64,000 nt of DNA from Candidatus Dojkabacteria bacterium (GCA_050950165.1 JBMNHC010000001.1:124673-188672), one strand, 5' to 3'; positions 47,670-57,062 are shown, numbered from the stretch's first letter. Notes: generated by a model from the sequence alone, not told the origin. Numbers and translations are program-made.

Positions 47670-48613
47670 TCATCGTATCTCTCTTTTTTAAGCTCGTATA
47701 GTATTCTTTCTTGATTCTCTCTTACCCTATTTATCATATTCGCTAACAACCCTACTATTAGTAATAGCAGACCAAAAATTAAGAATCCGAATCCAATAAA
47801 ACCAATAAACTTAAAAGGTGTAAAATCTCCCGTATTCAAAAAATATATACCCAAGAATATCTCCATTATTAAACCGAGAGTAACAAAAATAGCCCCCATA
47901 CCACCGAAGAAGAGGAAAGGTTTGTAATTTTTTAATGTATTTATAATTATCTTTAATGTTCTAAAACCATACTTAAAAACATTACTAGCTACTCTTGATT
48001 TTCTCTCTTTAAAATATATTACACTAACGGGAACCTCTACTATCCTTAATCCCTTAAAAGCCATATCTAAAATACTCTCTTGGGTATATGTAAAACTACC
48101 AAAAAGATTAAGTCTAAGTAGTGCCTCTCTACTGTATGCCCTAAAACCACATGATACATCTACAAATTTATATCCCGTTAACAGAGATATTATCCTAGAC
48201 ATCTGTACATTACCCCAATACTTGTTCTTAGGCATATTCTCTGGAATACCATTACCAAACCTATTACCTACAACCATATCAGCCTCTCCTTTAAGAACAG
48301 GCCTAATTATATTAGGTATCTCACTACTATCAAACTGCCTGTCTGCATCAATACTCACTAATATATCTATCTCCTCTTCTAGAGCATACGAAACAGCACT
48401 CTGAAATGCACTACCTACACCCCTATTTCTACCATGACTAATTACATCTGCACCACACTTCTTAGCTATCTTAGCAGTGCTGTCTGTACTACCATCATCT
48501 ATAACTAAGATATTAACTTCTTTAATACCTTCTACACTTTTTGGTAAAGAAGTTATTACATCGGCAATACTCTCTTCTTCATTTAATGCAGGTATATATA
48601 TAGTTAGCTTCAT
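47666..48613 (-). CDS. Polyprenyl-phosphate glycosyltransferase (GT2, DPM1/GtrB-like) with a C-terminal TM anchor.
   Basis: Motifs: LTIYIPALNEEESIADVI, ILVIDDGSTDST and SIDADRQF. The C-terminus has two TM helices. Confidence 0.8.
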   Translation of the reverse strand: MKLTIYIPALNEEESIADVITSLPKSVEGIKEVNILVIDDGSTDSTAKIAKKCGADVISHGRNRGVGSAFQSAVSYALEEEIDILVSIDADRQFDSSEIPNIIRPVLKGEADMVVGNRFGNGIPENMPKNKYWGNVQMSRIISLLTGYKFVDVSCGFRAYSREALLRLNLFGSFTYTQESILDMAFKGLRIVEVPVSVIYFKERKSRVASNVFKYGFRTLKIIINTLKNYKPFLFFGGMGAIFVTLGLIMEIFLGIYFLNTGDFTPFKFIGFIGFGFLIFGLLLLIVGLLANMINRVRENQERILYELKKERYDD

Positions 48614-48749
48614 CTTCTTTATATACTTGTTTTATATCACTCAATTATACTAATCTTAACAACCTCTTATCAACAAAATATTTTTATCTATATCTCTTTA
48701 TCCAATATATGGTATAGTTTAAGTAAGAATAATTTTTTAATTTATTTAA

Positions 48750-49877
48750 ATGACTAAGAAACATTTTTTAGTTCCAATATTAGCCATTTTAATATCTGCA
48801 CTATTTCCAATACATACACATGCTGCAGAATTTCATGATGGTAATTACATCTTAGAGGCAGAGACAATAGTAGAAGATGACCTCTATATAGCTGGAGATC
48901 ATGTAATGATCAAAGGGGTTGTAGATGGAGATGTAGTAATATTTGGACAGAATATCTCAGTAGATGGAACTGTTACTGGAGATCTATACATTTTTGGTAA
49001 TTCCATTAGTATAGGTGGTAGTTCATATGGAAATATTACTGCACTAGGATCAAATGTTAGTATAAAGGGTGCAACTGTAGGACAGAATGTCTTTATCCTA
49101 AGTGGTATGACAGATGTAGATGCTAATATCGGTAAAGATTTAAATGTTGCATCTGGTACAACAAAGATACTAGGAAGTATAGGAGATGATGCTAGAATAC
49201 TTTCAGGGCAGGTTTCTTCTGAAGCTACTGTTGGAGGAGATTTCTTACTCTCTAGTGAAAGTCATAATGTAAATAAAGAGAATGTAAAAGGTCAGTTCAT
49301 ACTCTCTACAGAAGCTCACGATAAGTCACTTGATAAAGATTCTAAGTTCCAACTTAGAAGAGGAGAGCTTCTAGGATTTAATTTAGGGATGGCAATTTTA
49401 TCCTTTGTAGGTATGTATATTGTTGGTGTATTACTAATCTATGTAGCTCCAGTAAAGACACTCTACATTGGTAAAAAGGTTACTAGCTCATGGGAAGATC
49501 TACTAAAAAGCTTTGCTATCGGATTATTAACCTTCATAGCAGTCCCGCTTCCACTTCTAATTCTTGTACTAACAATTGTTGGAGCACCATTAGCAATATT
49601 AATAACAGGAATATTAATATTCTTAGCTACTTTCGGAACCCTCTGGACAGAGATAGCTGTAGGACACAAGGTATTAGAGTTAGTTAAGTACAAAGATGAC
49701 TACAGATTCCTCTCTCTACTAGTAGGAAGATTCCTATCCTCTATTATCAAACTGATACCTCTTGTTAACACCTTCTACGGTCTCTCTCTTAGCATGATCT
49801 CTGTAGGAGCTGTAGTAAGAATGAAGTATGACAACTTTAAATCTAGTAAGAAAGCGAAAAGTAAAAAGAGTAAGTAA
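48750..49877 (+). CDS. Secreted protein with a bactofilin-like beta-helix repeat region, a C-terminal 3-4 TM anchor and a Lys-rich tail.
   Basis: A signal peptide is present (..PIHTHA/AE). The repeats VVDGDVVIFGQNISVDGTVTGDLYIFGNSISIGGSSYGNITALGSNVSIKGATVGQNVFI resemble the bactofilin/DUF583 pattern. Hydrophobic helices span 49350-49800. Confidence 0.4.
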   Translation: MTKKHFLVPILAILISALFPIHTHAAEFHDGNYILEAETIVEDDLYIAGDHVMIKGVVDGDVVIFGQNISVDGTVTGDLYIFGNSISIGGSSYGNITALGSNVSIKGATVGQNVFILSGMTDVDANIGKDLNVASGTTKILGSIGDDARILSGQVSSEATVGGDFLLSSESHNVNKENVKGQFILSTEAHDKSLDKDSKFQLRRGELLGFNLGMAILSFVGMYIVGVLLIYVAPVKTLYIGKKVTSSWEDLLKSFAIGLLTFIAVPLPLLILVLTIVGAPLAILITGILIFLATFGTLWTEIAVGHKVLELVKYKDDYRFLSLLVGRFLSSIIKLIPLVNTFYGLSLSMISVGAVVRMKYDNFKSSKKAKSKKSK

Positions 49878-49879
49878 AC

Positions 49880-49912
49880 AAAAAAGGGAGCATTAGCTCC
49901 CTTTCTCTTTTC
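49880..49912. terminator. Bidirectional intrinsic terminator between convergent genes.
   Basis: The sequence is AAAAAAGGGAGC-ATTA-GCTCCCTTTCTCTTTTCT. A 7-bp GC-rich stem is flanked by an A-run upstream and a T-run downstream, so it should work on both strands. Confidence 0.6.
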
Positions 49913-49923
49913 TAGTTCCTTCT

Positions 49924-50673
49924 TTACTTAAGATACTCATCTAGAACCTCAACAAAAGACTCATATGGGTATGCCCCCGCTATTAACTTACCTCTAACAT
50001 TTCCATCCTTATCCAATACACCTACAATGAATCCTGGAGTACCCTGAACACCAGCAGCTGTTCCATCTGTAAAACCTTTATCAACCTGAGCCTTATATTT
50101 AAGAGAGCTCATACATGTTTCTAGCTTACCTATATCTATTCCACCAATATCCTTAGCTACACTAGCTAATTGCTCATTAGATGTTAACATATATGCCTTA
50201 GATATATACTCCGCAAACTTCTCTAGACCCCCTATCTCATTCACACACAGTACTGCATTAGCTGTATCTATAGCTAGCTGACCATGAAAATCTAAAGGAA
50301 AACTCCTAAATACATATATTGCCTTATCCTTATTTACATAGTTATCAATTAATTTACCCTTAACCTCTTGACTATGTCTTTGACAGAAAGAACACTGATA
50401 ATCTGTAAACTCAACAATAGCTACCTTAGCCTTCTTAATATTACCCAAATATGGATCATCTCCAATTACAGTCTCTGCTGCAACAAACTCATCTTGTGCA
50501 ACAGCTCCTTTATTTTCAGGATCTTGTATTTCAGAAGTTTTATCCTTCTTATTCGAAATCAATATTGCTCCTGCTATCAATAAACCCGCTACTATAATAG
50601 CGAAGGGGATAACAAATGAACCTAAATCAATCACTATCTCATCGTTCTTTTCTACTTCCTTGCTTTTTGCCAT
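49924..50673 (-). CDS. DsbA-like thiol:disulfide oxidoreductase with an N-terminal TM anchor.
   Basis: The CxxC motif is FTDYQCSFCQRH. A single N-terminal TM helix is present, and the thioredoxin-fold length fits. Confidence 0.7.
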   Translation of the reverse strand: MAKSKEVEKNDEIVIDLGSFVIPFAIIVAGLLIAGAILISNKKDKTSEIQDPENKGAVAQDEFVAAETVIGDDPYLGNIKKAKVAIVEFTDYQCSFCQRHSQEVKGKLIDNYVNKDKAIYVFRSFPLDFHGQLAIDTANAVLCVNEIGGLEKFAEYISKAYMLTSNEQLASVAKDIGGIDIGKLETCMSSLKYKAQVDKGFTDGTAAGVQGTPGFIVGVLDKDGNVRGKLIAGAYPYESFVEVLDEYLK

Positions 50674-50769
50674 TAGATAAAGAATAAAATATTAAGTATA
50701 TAGAACGGTTAGATAATATTTTAATTATCTAACTATGTCAAACTAAAAGATATGATATACTAAAAACAG

Positions 50770-51600
50770 ATGAAACAGTACAACAGAAGTGAGAAAAGAA
50801 GCACTATTATAAACCTACTACTATCCATAGCACTTATCTTTGTACTCTTAACTCTTGTATATCTCTCATACAAAATCTTTTTTACAAAAACAGAAACTTC
50901 GGAAGAACAAACAGTAGAAACTTCTGTACAACAGACAGAAGAGATTCCTGAACCTGAAGAGAAATATTTAGAATTCTTTCCGATAATAGAGGGACAACAA
51001 GCATATGTTGGAGTATCAGATAGGATAGATGAAAAGAAACCCCCTACATTAATCATCTATAGCCACGGATCAAATACTACTGTTACACAGAATATGCAAG
51101 ACCCATTCATGCTAGATTTACAAGCATATGGTCAATATTTTACAAAACACAACTATATATTCGCAGCATCTAATCAACATGGAGTAAACTGGGGAAACCA
51201 AGCATCTATAAAAGATACATTACTTCTTAAAGAGTGGGTTGATCAAAACTATTCAATAAAATCGAAGATATATCTAATAGGGTTTAGTATGGGAGGATTA
51301 CCTACAATAAATTTTACAACACAGTATCCCGAACTAGTATCTAAAGTAGCTCTACTTGCTCCTACAACTAAAGTTCCTACTTGGAATCAAGCTAGAGCAG
51401 ATAAAATAATGGATATAGATATAAAGATATGGCATGGGAATGCAGATGTTAATGTCCCATACAACTATACTGCAAACTTTGTAAAAAGATTAAAAACATT
51501 GGGTAAAGAGATACCACTAATCACACTTGAAGGCAAAGGGCACTTTGATATAGATACAGAATATATGGAAGATATTTTAACTTTCTTTGATAGCAAGTAA
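50770..51600 (+). CDS. Alpha/beta hydrolase (esterase/lipase-like) with an N-terminal TM anchor.
   Basis: The GxSxG nucleophile elbow is LIGFSMGGL. HGS...HG motifs are present and the spacing is compatible with a Ser-Asp-His triad. Confidence 0.65.
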   Translation: MKQYNRSEKRSTIINLLLSIALIFVLLTLVYLSYKIFFTKTETSEEQTVETSVQQTEEIPEPEEKYLEFFPIIEGQQAYVGVSDRIDEKKPPTLIIYSHGSNTTVTQNMQDPFMLDLQAYGQYFTKHNYIFAASNQHGVNWGNQASIKDTLLLKEWVDQNYSIKSKIYLIGFSMGGLPTINFTTQYPELVSKVALLAPTTKVPTWNQARADKIMDIDIKIWHGNADVNVPYNYTANFVKRLKTLGKEIPLITLEGKGHFDIDTEYMEDILTFFDSK

Positions 51601-51957
51601 ATCCTCAACCTCATCTAAAGAGAGATTCTTTGAACTATCATATACAGGTACAATATGTGCATGATAGTGAAACACTACCTGACCAGCTGCCTCCCCATTA
51701 TTCTGTCTAATATATATACCATCAGGTTTAAGTATCTCCTTTACTCTCGTAGAAACTATCTTTATTACCTTACCAATATCTCCCATCTCTTTTTCGGATA
51801 TCTCAAAAACATCACTAGAGTGCTTCTTAGGAACTACCAAAATATGACCAGCAGATATTGGATTAATATCTAAAAAAGCTAATACCTTTTTATCCTCATA
51901 TATCTTCTTAGAAGGAACCTCTCCCTCTACTATCTTACAAAAAATACATTCATTCAT
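51577..51957 (-). CDS. HIT family (histidine triad) protein.
   Basis: CIFCKIVEGE..., with the HxHxHxx motif VVFHYHAHIVP. Confidence 0.85.
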   Translation of the reverse strand: MNECIFCKIVEGEVPSKKIYEDKKVLAFLDINPISAGHILVVPKKHSSDVFEISEKEMGDIGKVIKIVSTRVKEILKPDGIYIRQNNGEAAGQVVFHYHAHIVPVYDSSKNLSLDEVEDLLAIKES

Positions 51958-51961
51958 ATTA

Positions 51962-52552
51962 CTAAAGATGATATATTACTACTCTACTCCAAAAAGTTAG
52001 AGTCTCACTATTCGTCTTAAGGTAATCTAAACTAACAAACCCTATCTCTTCTAACCCTTCTTCCTTAATATGTACATCTACTCCATCTAAATCGTAGAGA
52101 TAGAAGAGACCTACATGTACATGATTAACAGGATTACTATCTTCAATATATACTAAACCCAAAAACTCTTTATCAACAATATTTGACCTTAAATCTACCT
52201 CCTCATTCAATTCTCTATCTAGACCAACCTCAAAAATATTTTTACCTTTTACTAAATCAAACTCTTCAATATGACCACCTAATGCTAAAGGACAGAGAGA
52301 ATTTAACCTCTTTTCAGATTTATCTACCTGTTTATGTAAAAAATATTTATCCTTGTACCTCAATATTACTTGAGCAATAATTTGCTTGTAGGAAGGATCT
52401 TCTTCTAGCTCTTTTCTAACTCTAAATTCACTCCCCTCATTTAAAATCTTTACATACTCATCCAGATTCTCACTCTGAAGACCACTCCATTTACCCAAGC
52501 TAAATAGCTTCCCACTACTTATACAAAGTATCTTTTCATCAAGTTTAGCCAT
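51962..52552 (-). CDS. Hypothetical protein with a degenerate Nudix-like box.
   Basis: GGHIEEFDLVKGKNIFEVGLDRELNEEVDL loosely fits Gx5Ex7REUxEExGU. Confidence 0.3.
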   Translation of the reverse strand: MAKLDEKILCISSGKLFSLGKWSGLQSENLDEYVKILNEGSEFRVRKELEEDPSYKQIIAQVILRYKDKYFLHKQVDKSEKRLNSLCPLALGGHIEEFDLVKGKNIFEVGLDRELNEEVDLRSNIVDKEFLGLVYIEDSNPVNHVHVGLFYLYDLDGVDVHIKEEGLEEIGFVSLDYLKTNSETLTFWSRVVIYHL

Positions 52553-52554
52553 AG

Positions 52555-52764
52555 TTATTCCTCTATCTCAATTGCAATTACAGAACATAGATCACGAGCT
52601 TCTAATACCTTAGCTTCTAGTTCTGCAGGAATATCTTTTCCTTTCCACTCCTCCTTTACATCTACTGTGCCATCTTCTTTAAGTTCAAAAACTTCAGGAC
52701 ATATGGCTACACATGAACCACATGCTACACATTTACTTTGATCTATAGATACTTTCATAACCAA
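52555..52764 (-). CDS. Small ferredoxin (single 4Fe-4S/3Fe-4S cluster). The ORF begins at a TTG; the next ATG is at 52758.
   Basis: CVACGSCVAICPE ... DLCSVIAIE, 69 aa. Confidence 0.75.
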   Translation of the reverse strand: MVMKVSIDQSKCVACGSCVAICPEVFELKEDGTVDVKEEWKGKDIPAELEAKVLEARDLCSVIAIEIEE

Positions 52765-52831
52765 AATTATTAACTTAGATATATTTCATTTTTTCAGATA
52801 TTAGAGAATATATCAACCGTTAGGAAATGGA

Positions 52832-53017
52832 GTATGTATCGATACATACCCCATATCAGTGGAAATGCCTTTCACACTGCCTAACAGGTTGTTCGACTAA
52901 AGAAAACGTCTTTTCTTTAGTACTTTGTACTAGCGATCAACTAGTACAAAGGTTCTATTTAGGTCGGTTCAAGAAAAAACCGACCTGTGCTGGCCGGTTG
53001 TAATTCGTCATATGACG
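52832..53017. repeat. Cluster of perfect inverted repeats. An 18-bp palindrome lies at 52832-52849. Three consecutive stem-loops lie at 52896-52921, 52923-52951 and 52961-52986, with 11, 11 and 9 bp stems. A 12-bp palindrome lies at 53006-53017.
   Basis: Read directly: GTATGTATC/GATACATAC; CTAAAGAAAA-cgtc-TTTTCTTTAG; CTTTGTACTAG-cgatcaa-CTAGTACAAAG; AGGTCGGTT-caagaaaa-AACCGACCT; CGTCATATGACG. None carries a flanking U-tract. Confidence 0.5.
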
Positions 53018-53070
53018 CAAGGCGTTGTTGCTATACCCATTTATACCAAATTTTACTCTTTTTATCAACT

Positions 53071-53490
53071 TTAACTCCTAAACCTCACCAACCCTCTCTC
53101 TCCAACAATATCAAAGCCAAACTCTTCAGCAAGATCAGTAAGTAAGATACCTGAAGATGCTAACATCTCAGATGGCTTAGTTCCTCCATCTAACGCTTCT
53201 TTAACTTCAATAGCTGGAATCCCTAAGGTAATACTTAGCATATTAGCCATTTTAAACCCTTCCTCTTCAACTTCTACATATTCATCTCTTACCCTTAACG
53301 AATCTTCTAAATTAAACTCTTCACCTAAGAAAGACTCAGAAGAAATATATTCAGAAAAGATTGCAGAAGGGGCATCATTAGAAAACTTTAATGGGTTAAT
53401 AGCAGTAAAAAGCGCAAACCCAAAAACCGAAACGAAGATAGAAAGGATAATAACTCTCTCTTTGTTTGTCATATTAAATATACATGACAA
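53071..53490 (-). CDS. Hypothetical membrane-anchored acidic protein.
   Basis: ORF with one N-terminal TM helix and no recognisable motif. Confidence 0.35.
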   Translation of the reverse strand: MSCIFNMTNKERVIILSIFVSVFGFALFTAINPLKFSNDAPSAIFSEYISSESFLGEEFNLEDSLRVRDEYVEVEEEGFKMANMLSITLGIPAIEVKEALDGGTKPSEMLASSGILLTDLAEEFGFDIVGERGLVRFRS

Positions 53491-53745
53491 TTTATCTCTA
53501 TTAAATGTTAAGTAAAAGAAGAGGCAAAATCTACTATAATTATGTTATAGCCTAGTTATATACACATCTTAAAACGGACTACAGACCTTTAAGGGAGAGG
53601 ATTACTCTTAAACAAGAGTAGACTATAAGACAGGGAGGCAACAGAGTATGTTATAAACTATAAAATCGTTAGTAATTTTACCTTTATTGTAACAATAATT
53701 TTTACCAACTGATTAAAGAGATTCTCCATGTCTACCAATTTCACC

Positions 53746-56256
53746 TTATTCATACCTCAAAACTTCACTTGGCTTTGTCTTTAATGAATTCTTAGAAACA
53801 AAATACACAATCAACATAACTAAGGTAACGATTATGATATTCCATATAATAGAACCGTTCACATCAAAGAAGAATCTCTTTCCATTTATATCAAAAAGCT
53901 TCTTTCCAAACCTCCTGGCAAATAGAACAACACCGTAAACTGTAGATGTAGCAAATATAGAGGTGATTACAGACATAATAGAGTATTCAAAAATAACCAT
54001 AGAAGTAACCTCACCCTGCTTAAAACCAATAGTCTTCAAAATTGCAAAATCCCTTTTCTTTGAAACTACATCTAAAATTGTAACTGTAGCTATCAATATA
54101 ATACCTGCAAGAAGAGCTAAAGAAGCTATACTTGTTGTAAATTTAATTGTTAGATTTAGGACAAGATTTGTTATATTCTCAATATCCTTTTCTGTGAATA
54201 TATATCCATCTTGCATATCAGCTAAACTCTTCGTAAATTCGTCCATCTTAGACATATTAATACCTACCCAGCTCTCTTCAACAAACTTCTCAGAAAAATA
54301 TTTATCGAAGGTACTCCTAGTGACAACAAGAAAGCCACTATTTGCAGATGTTTCTGAAACAACTAAAGACTCATAAATATTCTTTTGATCAAATTGATAG
54401 TATCCTTTTACAGGCAAGACAACCTCTCTATCCATGTAAGGAATATTAATTATGTCACCAAAAGAAAGCATATCTTTGTAATCCTCTGGAATCAAGACAC
54501 CTTCATCTGTTAAGCTACCTTCTACAATATTGAATACTTCAGATGCAGACATCACTCCAGTATGAGGGAATGTCTCTGAATACTTCATTGGAACGAACCT
54601 AAATACAGTAGTACTCTTTTTAATATCTGCAGAGAAAGAATTAATCTTCTCTTCTACTAAATTATCTTTAGGTGTATGCCTTTTAACAACAAGATTGTAA
54701 TCTCCACCATCAACATGTTCGTATTCATCAGTAGAATACTTCTTCGATGAATATATCATTGTACCAATCATAAGAACTGCAAACATTCCAATAAATATAG
54801 CAATCATTGGTAATACGGTCTTTTTGTAATTCAATCTTAAATTACCCCAAGCCAACTCTATACCGTTTCTTGTCCTAACAGGAATTTTTACAATTAAGAA
54901 GAATATTAATCTGAATATTAAGGAGAAGATCACTATTCCAACAGCAACAAGAGCAACTGCTCCTACTCCATACTCAACAGATTTTGTTAAGAAGATACTA
55001 ATACCAGAGAATATAACTGTAATTACTAAGAACCTAAGGAAATTTCTTCCTTTCTGATCTATCTTTTCAGTATATTCTAAATCTTTCAATGCATACACTG
55101 GTTTAATCTCTGCCACCCTATTTATTGTAATAAATGCAAAGAGAATTGAAGATACAATACTAACAACAAATGAAATTAGTGCCTCAACAATTGAGAAGCT
55201 GTTATCTAGATATATTGCTTCAGCTCCAGCTAGAGATAAAGATGAAATGATATCTACCAAATAGTAGAAGAAGAAATACCCTATCCCTATACCTAAAATA
55301 CTTCCTAAAACCGCAATCAGAAAGATTTCAGAAAGAAGCATCTGCATTATATCCATCTTTTTAAAACCAATGGATTTCAATATACCAATCTCTCTCTTTC
55401 TCTTTGTTACAATTGCATTTACAGAATTAGCAATACCAAAACTTCCTACAAAAAGTCCAATGATACTTAAACCTCTGATTAGACCAAAAGCCATCTTATT
55501 GCCTTTCTCTATTCTCTCCTCTGTATCAGTAGCTGTATCAACATTTCCAAATTCAGAGAGTCTACTCTTAATTTCTTCTTCATCTCCATCCATAAATACA
55601 GTATATATAAAGCCTACAGCTTCAATACTACCTTTATTTATAAAAACGTTTGTATAATTCCCTACATATTCACTTAGAAGACCTACAATTTTGAATGTAT
55701 ATTTATCAAAAAGAGTTTCTGAAGCAAAACTAATCTCATCACCTATCTTAACTCCTAATGTCTTTGCAAATGCTTCTGTAATAATTATCCCATCCTGATA
55801 TTTTGGTAAATCTTTTAGTGTAACTCCTTCCTTAGATGAAACTGCACTACTCTCTACAAGAGGATACTTTGTATCTTCATATACATTAATTTGTACAAAG
55901 TAATCTCCCAAATATCTTTTCAAACTCTCAGAATATATGTAGAAAGAACCGAATGGATTAGAAAGATATGTATACTGCTTAACCTTACCTTCCTTTTTTA
56001 ATTCCTCAACAACAGAAAGAACCTCATTCATATTACTTGGGGTCATAAGACTAGCATCACCTCCTACTGTCTCTCTAGCTGTTCCCATTTCAATTTGCTC
56101 AGAGACTGTATTAGAAAGAGAAAGTAAAGACATCAGACATATAGCAGAAAACATTACTGAGAGTGATATGACTACTCCCGTTACTCCAAGATATTTAAGA
56201 GAAGCTTTTGTTTTCTCTACTAAAAATTTAACCTTATTCATATTTGATAATTCCAT
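53746..56256 (-). CDS. ABC transporter permease, MacB/FtsX-like, with duplicated FtsX domains (836 aa, about 10 TM).
   Basis: Two repeats of a 4-TM FtsX-like module are present, each preceded by a large extracytoplasmic domain. It overlaps the upstream ATPase gene. Confidence 0.8.
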   Translation of the reverse strand: MELSNMNKVKFLVEKTKASLKYLGVTGVVISLSVMFSAICLMSLLSLSNTVSEQIEMGTARETVGGDASLMTPSNMNEVLSVVEELKKEGKVKQYTYLSNPFGSFYIYSESLKRYLGDYFVQINVYEDTKYPLVESSAVSSKEGVTLKDLPKYQDGIIITEAFAKTLGVKIGDEISFASETLFDKYTFKIVGLLSEYVGNYTNVFINKGSIEAVGFIYTVFMDGDEEEIKSRLSEFGNVDTATDTEERIEKGNKMAFGLIRGLSIIGLFVGSFGIANSVNAIVTKRKREIGILKSIGFKKMDIMQMLLSEIFLIAVLGSILGIGIGYFFFYYLVDIISSLSLAGAEAIYLDNSFSIVEALISFVVSIVSSILFAFITINRVAEIKPVYALKDLEYTEKIDQKGRNFLRFLVITVIFSGISIFLTKSVEYGVGAVALVAVGIVIFSLIFRLIFFLIVKIPVRTRNGIELAWGNLRLNYKKTVLPMIAIFIGMFAVLMIGTMIYSSKKYSTDEYEHVDGGDYNLVVKRHTPKDNLVEEKINSFSADIKKSTTVFRFVPMKYSETFPHTGVMSASEVFNIVEGSLTDEGVLIPEDYKDMLSFGDIINIPYMDREVVLPVKGYYQFDQKNIYESLVVSETSANSGFLVVTRSTFDKYFSEKFVEESWVGINMSKMDEFTKSLADMQDGYIFTEKDIENITNLVLNLTIKFTTSIASLALLAGIILIATVTILDVVSKKRDFAILKTIGFKQGEVTSMVIFEYSIMSVITSIFATSTVYGVVLFARRFGKKLFDINGKRFFFDVNGSIIWNIIIVTLVMLIVYFVSKNSLKTKPSEVLRYE

Positions 56257-56908
56257 CAGAGATTTTAATTATTCGGTCTGCAAGTGATGCAACTTCTTTA
56301 CTGTGTGTTGCCATGATAATAGTTAGTTGCATTTCTTTGCTAATTTTCTGAATAAGGTCTAGAATCGCTTTCCCTGTTTTACTATCAAGATTTCCTGTTG
56401 GTTCATCTGCAATTAGTATCTTAGGCTTATTTATTAAAGCTCTTGCAATTGCTACTCTCTGTTGTTCACCTCCTGACATCTCACCTGGTCTATGTTTCTC
56501 CCTTTCAGAAAGTCCCACAAGTTCTAACATTTCTCTTGCTTTCTCATCCATTACATTTGATGAAAGTCTACTTCTTCCTGCATACAGTGGTGCTTTTACA
56601 TTCTGTATTGCATCTAGACTTGGGATTAGATTATACGCTTGAAACACTATTCCAATATTTTCATTCCTAAATACAGAGAGTTCATCTTCTGTTTTCTTAG
56701 ATATATCTTCAGTATCTATGATAATTTCACCAGATGTTGGAGAATCTATACCTGCTAGTATTCCTAGTAATGTTGATTTACCTGATCCTGAAGAACCCAT
56801 AATTGCAACGAATTCATCATCTTTAATTTCAAGATCTATTCCTTTTAATACTTCAACTTTTTCTTTGTTTAGTTGAAAGTCTTTTTTAATGTTTTTTAGT
56901 ATTATCAT
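56234..56908 (-). CDS. ABC transporter ATP-binding protein (MacB/LolD-like).
   Basis: Walker A is GSSGSGKSTLL. The ABC signature is LSGGEQQRVAIARAL. Walker B is ILIADEPTGNLD. Confidence 0.9.
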   Translation of the reverse strand: MIILKNIKKDFQLNKEKVEVLKGIDLEIKDDEFVAIMGSSGSGKSTLLGILAGIDSPTSGEIIIDTEDISKKTEDELSVFRNENIGIVFQAYNLIPSLDAIQNVKAPLYAGRSRLSSNVMDEKAREMLELVGLSEREKHRPGEMSGGEQQRVAIARALINKPKILIADEPTGNLDSKTGKAILDLIQKISKEMQLTIIMATHSKEVASLADRIIKISDGIIKYE

Positions 56909-57062
56909 TATATTTTTTGTTTAAGTTATTTACCAATTTAGGAACAATAGTTACTCTAGCATAAATTGAAAAAACAACCATCACTTTATAGTTGCAGCTT
57001 GTAAACTCGTGGTTGCCCTCTGTACAAAACTTTGTAGGATATTTCTAAAAATTGCATTGTTC

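Noticed and set aside
52896-52986. Three stem-loops as rho-independent terminators.
   Set aside because: None is followed by a T-run on either strand, unlike the clear terminator at 49880-49912.
53491-53745. 255-bp AT-rich intergenic region with a 7-bp hairpin (TACTCTT-AAAC-AAGAGTA).
   Set aside because: It is a short, AU-rich stem with no supporting features, and is most likely an ordinary promoter/5' UTR region for the 53071..53490 gene.
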